A stretch of DNA of 64,000 bases from Acidobacteriota bacterium (GTDB lineage: Bacteria > Acidobacteriota > UBA890 > WLXD01): assembly GCA_963666055.2 (NCBI GenBank), contig CAXWPH010000015.1, forward strand, positions 1,376,001-1,440,000. The letters run 5' to 3'. Under the pieces are notes generated by a model that saw nothing but the letters and a program-made list of their open reading frames with translations, ran no database searches and had not been told where the DNA came from. Below are positions 58,822 through 64,000 of this stretch, piece after piece (the stretch's first letter is position 1; every line of letters begins with the position of its first letter). The translations under genes and the position numbers were made by a program.

Positions 58822-60771
58822 CTAATCCAGACCGAAAGCCAGTAGCACGTTTCCTGGCGCGTTGCCGAGAATCGCGTAGCCGGAGCCGACGTAGAGCATG
58901 CCGTCGACGATCGATGGTCCCGCCCCGCCGAAGCCGCCGCCGAAGCCGGCCACGCCGTTCACGGTGTTGAACTCACGCGCGGTATTGAACTCCCACTGGA
59001 TGGTGCCGTCCTCGGTGGAGTACGAGCGCAGCACCCCGTCGCGCGAGCCGGTCAACACAGCGCCGCTGATGGCGGTGGCCGCAGCCCAGTTGCCCGAGTG
59101 GCAGGTCATCTCTTCTTCCGGGTCGGGGCAGTCGCTCGGCTTGGGCAGCTTGGTGTTCCAGACCCGCGATCCGTCCTCTACGCGCAGGGCGGCGATGCTG
59201 CCGGTACCGTCTGACTGCGGCACTGGCTTGAAGTAGTACTCCCCGTCGAAGGCGCCGCCGAAGCCTGCGTCGGTCGGTGCCATTTCATCTCCCGCCTGAG
59301 CTACCCACAGAACGGCGCCGCGGTTGTCCGGATCGAGCGCGGTGACACGGCCGCTCTCCTGACCTTGAATGAGGATTCGACTTCCATCGGCCAGCCTGTG
59401 CAGCACCGGCGATCCCGACGGGTCGTCGTCGGGGGTGTTGACGAAGCCAGGGCAGTTCAGGCGCCGCTCTTCGGTAGTGCTTCCGCAGCCACCGTCGTGT
59501 CGGTCGTTGGGTACCAGCTGAGTCCACCAGAGGCGCGCGCCGGTATCCATGTTGAACGCCATCACCGACACGCAGGTACCGTCGTCGAATCCGACGGGGT
59601 CGTCGAAGAACTCCGAGATGTAGCAAGTCCCCGTTGTCGAGTAGAGCTTGCGGTGCTCCAGATCCAGTGTCGGCGCGTTCCACACGGCGGCGCCGGATGG
59701 GCCATACAACTGTGTGCCGGCTGAGTTTGTGCGTAGCGGCCGTGGGCGCTCCGACATCGTGTAGGTCTTCCAGACTCGGCGCCCCGAGCTCATGTCGAGC
59801 GCGCTGACGCTGCCTTGGAAGGTGCAGCACTCGTAGCTGATCTGTCGTGCCGGAATCTGTGCCCACGACGAAACGCCTACGTACAGGTACCCGCCGGGCG
59901 AAGGATCAAGCACCGGCGGACCGGTGATCTTCGCTGCCGGATGGTCGTCGGGGCGCATCGACCAGAGCTCCTCGCCGGTCTCGGCGTTGACTGCAGTGAC
60001 GTAGCCCATGTAGTCGCCGAACGCCGCGGCGTAGCGCACCCCGGGCACGTCGCTCACTGCGCCGATGCTGACCGCTGTGCGCACCTGACCCGGTGCCTCG
60101 TACGACCAGTGCACGCAGCCGCTCTTGGCGTCGAGCGCGTAGACGAAGTTGTTGTCGCTGCCGATGAACAGCGCCCCGCCAACGATTGTTGGCTGTGCCC
60201 ACGATGCCGAGGCAGCACCCGGTAGGGCAAAGGCCCATTTCAGCTTCAGCCGTGGCACCTGCGAACCGGTGAGGCCGGCGTCGGCGCGCTCTTGAAAGCG
60301 GTGCGAACGAGTCGGATCCGGAGTCCAGCCGTTCCATTGTGGCCCCTCGAAGGGATCGTTCAACGACAGCGGACTGGCGCAGGGATTGGTCATCGCCGTG
60401 GCAGCGCGATCGGCGGTCCCGCCGAACGGCTTGCCGGTGACCAGCTCTGCCAGCGCTGCCAGCTGCTCGTCCCTGAGTCCGAGCACGAACTCGACCATCG
60501 GGCCGGTGGTAACAGCGGCGAGCACCCGCTCGGGCGCCAGCTGCCGCAGGGTGTCGCGGCTTGGGGCACGGTTGTCGGGGCTTCTGTTGTCGTGGCAGCT
60601 GGCGCACCGCATCTCGTAGTCGAGCACCATGCTGGCCGGAGTCGCGGGTCCCGCTGGGCTCCATCCCTGCTGCGCGGGTTCGCCCGATGCTTCAAGAGGC
60701 CGTATGGGCCAGAGGACGGCGAGAATAGTGAGCGCTACCAGGGCGCTTGGCAGGAACGCGAGTCGTTTCAT
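58822..60771 (-). CDS. Quinohemoprotein, polyvinyl-alcohol-dehydrogenase-like (cytochrome c + PQQ propeller)
   Basis: CASCH, LKLKWAF, YECCTFQGS, GAAVW, SGY..GNVLLAF. Confidence 0.88.
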   Translation of the reverse strand: MKRLAFLPSALVALTILAVLWPIRPLEASGEPAQQGWSPAGPATPASMVLDYEMRCASCHDNRSPDNRAPSRDTLRQLAPERVLAAVTTGPMVEFVLGLRDEQLAALAELVTGKPFGGTADRAATAMTNPCASPLSLNDPFEGPQWNGWTPDPTRSHRFQERADAGLTGSQVPRLKLKWAFALPGAASASWAQPTIVGGALFIGSDNNFVYALDAKSGCVHWSYEAPGQVRTAVSIGAVSDVPGVRYAAAFGDYMGYVTAVNAETGEELWSMRPDDHPAAKITGPPVLDPSPGGYLYVGVSSWAQIPARQISYECCTFQGSVSALDMSSGRRVWKTYTMSERPRPLRTNSAGTQLYGPSGAAVWNAPTLDLEHRKLYSTTGTCYISEFFDDPVGFDDGTCVSVMAFNMDTGARLWWTQLVPNDRHDGGCGSTTEERRLNCPGFVNTPDDDPSGSPVLHRLADGSRILIQGQESGRVTALDPDNRGAVLWVAQAGDEMAPTDAGFGGAFDGEYYFKPVPQSDGTGSIAALRVEDGSRVWNTKLPKPSDCPDPEEEMTCHSGNWAAATAISGAVLTGSRDGVLRSYSTEDGTIQWEFNTAREFNTVNGVAGFGGGFGGAGPSIVDGMLYVGSGYAILGNAPGNVLLAFGLD

Positions 60772-60886
60772 CGACGCTTACTCCAGGTGGAGGGGTTGCT
60801 CATTCTCGGCACCTCAGGCAGGGTCGTCAACCGACGCGGCCAAGTGCCAGCGCGCCAACATCGTTTCTTCGAACCCGGACGCGAAC

Positions 60887-62014
60887 ATGCCAGGCTTACT
60901 TCCTCACGTTGACCCAGACGGTCTACTGGAATACTCGGTGGTCTTCACCGACCGTTCGCTGAACCACATGTCGCGGACGTTCCAGGGGGTGATGAACGAT
61001 ATCTCCACGACCCTGAAGGTGGCCTACGGTGCCGACGCGGTGGTCGTAGTTCCCGGGGGAGGGACCTTCGGAATGGAGGCGGTGGCACGACAGTTCGCCA
61101 CCGGTAAGCGGTGCCTGGTGATCCGAAACGGCTGGTTCAGCTTTCGCTGGTCCCAGATCTTCGAAATGGGCGACATTCCGTCCGCCTGCACGGTGTTGAA
61201 GGCGCGAGCTCTCGATGGCGGTGCGCAGCCGGCGTTCGCGCCCGCGCCGATCGACGAGGTGGTGGCGACGATTGCGGAGCAACAGCCCGACCTGGTCTTC
61301 GCTCCGCATGTCGAGACCTCGTCGGGAATGATCCTACCCGACGATTACCTCGGCGCGGTGGCCGAGGCAGTGCATTCGGCGGGGGGCATGTTGGTGCTCG
61401 ATTGCATCGCCTCGGGCGCCATATGGGTCGACATGAAGACCTCGGGCGTCGACGTGCTGATCAGCGCGCCGCAGAAAGGCTGGAGTGGCTCTCCTTGTGC
61501 CGGCCTGGTGATGATGAGCGAGCTGGCGCAACAGCGTATCGGAGCCACCACCAGCAGCAGCTTTGCCGCCGACCTACGCAAGTGGCTCGAGATCATGCAG
61601 GCCTACGAGGGTGGCGGGCACGCTTACCACGCCACCTTGCCGACCGATTCGTTGACGCGTTTTCGCGACGCCATGCGGGAGACCGAGGCGTACGGGTTCG
61701 ACAGGGTCCGGATGGAGCAACAGGAGCTCGGCGACAAGGTGCGCGCGCTGCTGGTCGGCAAGAACTTCAAGAGCGTGGCGGCCGAAGGGTTCCAGGCCCC
61801 CGGGGTGGTGGTGAGCTACACCGACGATGTGGACATCCAGAACGGCAAGAAGTTCGCCGGGGTAGGTCTGCAGATCGCCGCCGGCGTTCCCCTGCGCTGC
61901 GACGAGCCGGAGCCCTTCAGTACGTTTCGCCTCGGGCTATTCGGTCTGGACAAGTTGCACAACGTTGATCGTTCGGTGGAGGCGCTCGAGCGTGCGCTGA
62001 GCCAGATTCTCTAG
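60887..62014 (+). CDS. Class V aminotransferase (serine/alanine-glyoxylate type)
   Basis: LLEYSVVFTDRSLNHMS, HVETSSG, DCIASG, SAPQKGW. Confidence 0.9.
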   Translation: MPGLLPHVDPDGLLEYSVVFTDRSLNHMSRTFQGVMNDISTTLKVAYGADAVVVVPGGGTFGMEAVARQFATGKRCLVIRNGWFSFRWSQIFEMGDIPSACTVLKARALDGGAQPAFAPAPIDEVVATIAEQQPDLVFAPHVETSSGMILPDDYLGAVAEAVHSAGGMLVLDCIASGAIWVDMKTSGVDVLISAPQKGWSGSPCAGLVMMSELAQQRIGATTSSSFAADLRKWLEIMQAYEGGGHAYHATLPTDSLTRFRDAMRETEAYGFDRVRMEQQELGDKVRALLVGKNFKSVAAEGFQAPGVVVSYTDDVDIQNGKKFAGVGLQIAAGVPLRCDEPEPFSTFRLGLFGLDKLHNVDRSVEALERALSQIL

Positions 62015-62034
62015 CGAATCGGACATCCAGGCTC

Positions 62035-62970
62035 GTGATCACCGTCCTCGGAGTCGTCGCCCCTGTCTTCAGCCTCGTCCTGCTGGGCTTTGCGGCTGCC
62101 AAGCTGCGGATGCTCGATGCGGCGGCCGTAATCGGGCTGGTGGTGTTCGTCTTCCACTTCGCCATACCGGCGATGCTGTTTCGCAACCTGGCCCGGGCCG
62201 AGCTGCCGGCTGATATCGAGTGGAGCTTCCTGCTGTCGTATTACGGGGGCACGTTGGTGGTCTACGTGCTCGGCATGGGTGTGGGTCGGTATTCCTTCCG
62301 CCGACCCCTCGCGATCCAGGCGACCTGCGGCATGGCGGCGGGGTTCTCCAACACCGTGTTGCTGGGGATTCCCCTGCTACTGACGGTCTTGGGACCGGAA
62401 GCGGTGCTCGCCATCTTCTTGCTGGTGTTGCTGCATTCGCCAACGCTCATGACGCTGACGATGGTGCTCATCCGGCTCGGGCGCGGCCGCGAGGTTTCAG
62501 TGGGCGCACAGCTGCGAGTTGTCCTCGCCGAGCTGATTCGTAACCCGATCATTCTGGCCCTGGTGGCGGGCTTGACCGCGAACCTGTCTGAGCTCGTTCT
62601 ACCGGGGCCGATTGAGACCGCCGTGCAGATGCTGGCAGCAGCCGCGGTGCCCTGCGCTCTGTTCGCCATGGGCGCTTCCCTGGCAGCGTACCCGCTGAGG
62701 GGCAATGTTCTCTCGACGCTCCCGCTGGTGGCGCTGAAGCTTGTGGTGCATCCGCTGCTGGTCTGGGTGCTGGCGGTGCCGGTTCTGGGGCTGGAAGGGG
62801 TGTGGGTGCCGGTCGCCGTGCTGATGGCCACCATGCCGACCGGTATCAACGTCTACCTGGTGGCGACGCGCTATGAAGCCGGCACGACCGTGGCCGCCCG
62901 AACCATCTTTCTGAGTACGGCAATCTCGGTGCTGACGATCTCGGCCGCGCTGTACGTGTTTCGAAGCTGA
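62035..62970 (+). CDS. AEC (auxin efflux carrier) family transporter
   Basis: PAMLF, FSNT..LGIP, NPII, KL..HP, MPTG-x-N. Confidence 0.88.
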   Translation: MITVLGVVAPVFSLVLLGFAAAKLRMLDAAAVIGLVVFVFHFAIPAMLFRNLARAELPADIEWSFLLSYYGGTLVVYVLGMGVGRYSFRRPLAIQATCGMAAGFSNTVLLGIPLLLTVLGPEAVLAIFLLVLLHSPTLMTLTMVLIRLGRGREVSVGAQLRVVLAELIRNPIILALVAGLTANLSELVLPGPIETAVQMLAAAAVPCALFAMGASLAAYPLRGNVLSTLPLVALKLVVHPLLVWVLAVPVLGLEGVWVPVAVLMATMPTGINVYLVATRYEAGTTVAARTIFLSTAISVLTISAALYVFRS

Positions 62971-63015
62971 GCTCTGCTGCCTCGGGCCCAACTCGCCGTA
63001 ACCAGGCCCGCTACG

Positions 63016-63035
63016 CTTCCACCACGGCCTGCTAG
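63016..63035 (-). mobile_element. Solo MITE/IS terminal repeat
   Basis: Reverse complement CTAGCAGGCCGTGGTGGAAG is identical (20/20) to 21700-21719. Confidence 0.7.
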
Positions 63036-64000
63036 CTAGCGGGCGCCAGCCGGCAAGTTCTCGGTCAGGTAGCGGGTCAACAACCCATACAGGTGCCGCG
63101 TCGTTCCTCCGCCCTCGGAGATGCTGTGCGTTCGGTTCGGGTAGGCCATCATGGTGAAGTGCTTGCCGGCGGATACGAGGCGGTTGATCAACGCCTCCGT
63201 GCCCTGGTAGTGGACGTTGTCGTCGCCCGTCCCGTGCACGATCAGCAAGTTACCCACGAGCCCATGGGCGTGGGTGATCGGTGAGCCCCTGCGGTAGCCC
63301 TCCGGGTTGCCCTGCGGCGTCCCCATGTAGCGCTCCTGATAGATGGTGTCGTAGTAGCGCTGGTCGGGCACCGGTGCCACCGACATCCCGGTGCTGTAAA
63401 TCTCCGGATAGCGAAACATCGCGTTCAGCGTCATGGAGCCGCCGCCACTCCATCCCCAGATGCCGATGCGGTCCGGATCGACGTAGGGGCGGGTAGCGAT
63501 AATCTGCCGCACCGCGTCGGCCTGATCCTGTGAGGCCAGCGTGCCGACCTCGCCGTAGACGATCTTGCGCCAGTCGCGGCCGCGCGGCGCCGGCGTGCCG
63601 CGGTTGTCGACGCTCACTACCAGGTAGCCGAGCTGGGCGACGTAACGGTGCCAAAGCATCCGAGATCCAGCCCACCGGTCTAACACCGTCTGCCCGGCGG
63701 GTTCACCGTAGACGAAGAAGAGCACCGGGTACCTGCGGGCGGGGTCGAAGTCGGGCGGGTACAGCACCCAGGCGTCGAGCTCGAGCTCGGGCTTGGCCTG
63801 GACTCGGAAGAACTCCACCGGAGGCAGGTCGAGAGCCTCGATTCGCTGGCGCACGACGGCGTTGTCGACCAACACACGCGCCGAGGCGTGCTCCGGCAAT
63901 GAGACCAGCTCGACCTGCGGCGGTGTGGAGAAGCTGGACCAAGTGTGGAATGCCCAACGGCCTCCTGGCGCGACGTCGTAGGTATGGTCGCCGCCGGTGT
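63036..64000 (-). CDS. S9B dipeptidyl peptidase IV, 3' part (starts beyond the window)
   Basis: YPVLFFVYGEP, DNRGT, GWSGGG, HGTGDDNVH, HSI. Confidence 0.9.
   Translation of the reverse strand, partial: TGGDHTYDVAPGGRWAFHTWSSFSTPPQVELVSLPEHASARVLVDNAVVRQRIEALDLPPVEFFRVQAKPELELDAWVLYPPDFDPARRYPVLFFVYGEPAGQTVLDRWAGSRMLWHRYVAQLGYLVVSVDNRGTPAPRGRDWRKIVYGEVGTLASQDQADAVRQIIATRPYVDPDRIGIWGWSGGGSMTLNAMFRYPEIYSTGMSVAPVPDQRYYDTIYQERYMGTPQGNPEGYRRGSPITHAHGLVGNLLIVHGTGDDNVHYQGTEALINRLVSAGKHFTMMAYPNRTHSISEGGGTTRHLYGLLTRYLTENLPAGAR

Noticed and set aside
1-64000. Integron cassette array suggested by single genes and TA pairs
   Set aside because: No integrase and mixed orientations; ACATAAC (17051) and GCCTAAC (45389) lack convincing paired attC arms.
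1-64000. CRISPR array, rRNA, tRNA
   Set aside because: No regularly spaced repeats or recognisable RNA gene seen by eye.

Overview
GC-rich bacterial window, most likely Acidobacteriota, judged from an Acidobacteria-type VWFA protein, a Ser/Thr kinase-TolB-propeller gene and several PQQ quinoproteins. It is an accessory mosaic with no core housekeeping operon, rRNA, tRNA or CRISPR array. It holds about 40 mostly stand-alone genes for exported hydrolases, amidohydrolases, quinoproteins and transporters, plus xsc, ggt and two type II toxin-antitoxin pairs. Most spacers between genes are gene debris (HsdR, MarR, nucleotidyltransferase, FN3, CoA-transferase, alanine racemase), repeated pieces of one kinase paralog family, and IS/MITE end motifs sitting at TAG stop codons. 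The top finding is a translationally coupled gene pair at 37280-39887. The first gene encodes a membrane protein with two metal-ligand motifs spaced like the CuC and CuD sites of PmoC/AmoC, plus a PmoA-like helix. The second encodes an exported protein with an N-terminal His and PmoB-like topology. Together they are a candidate divergent copper-membrane-monooxygenase-like (C/A-fusion + B) system; the second gene is frameshifted in this copy. All family calls come from motif recognition by eye, with no database searches.
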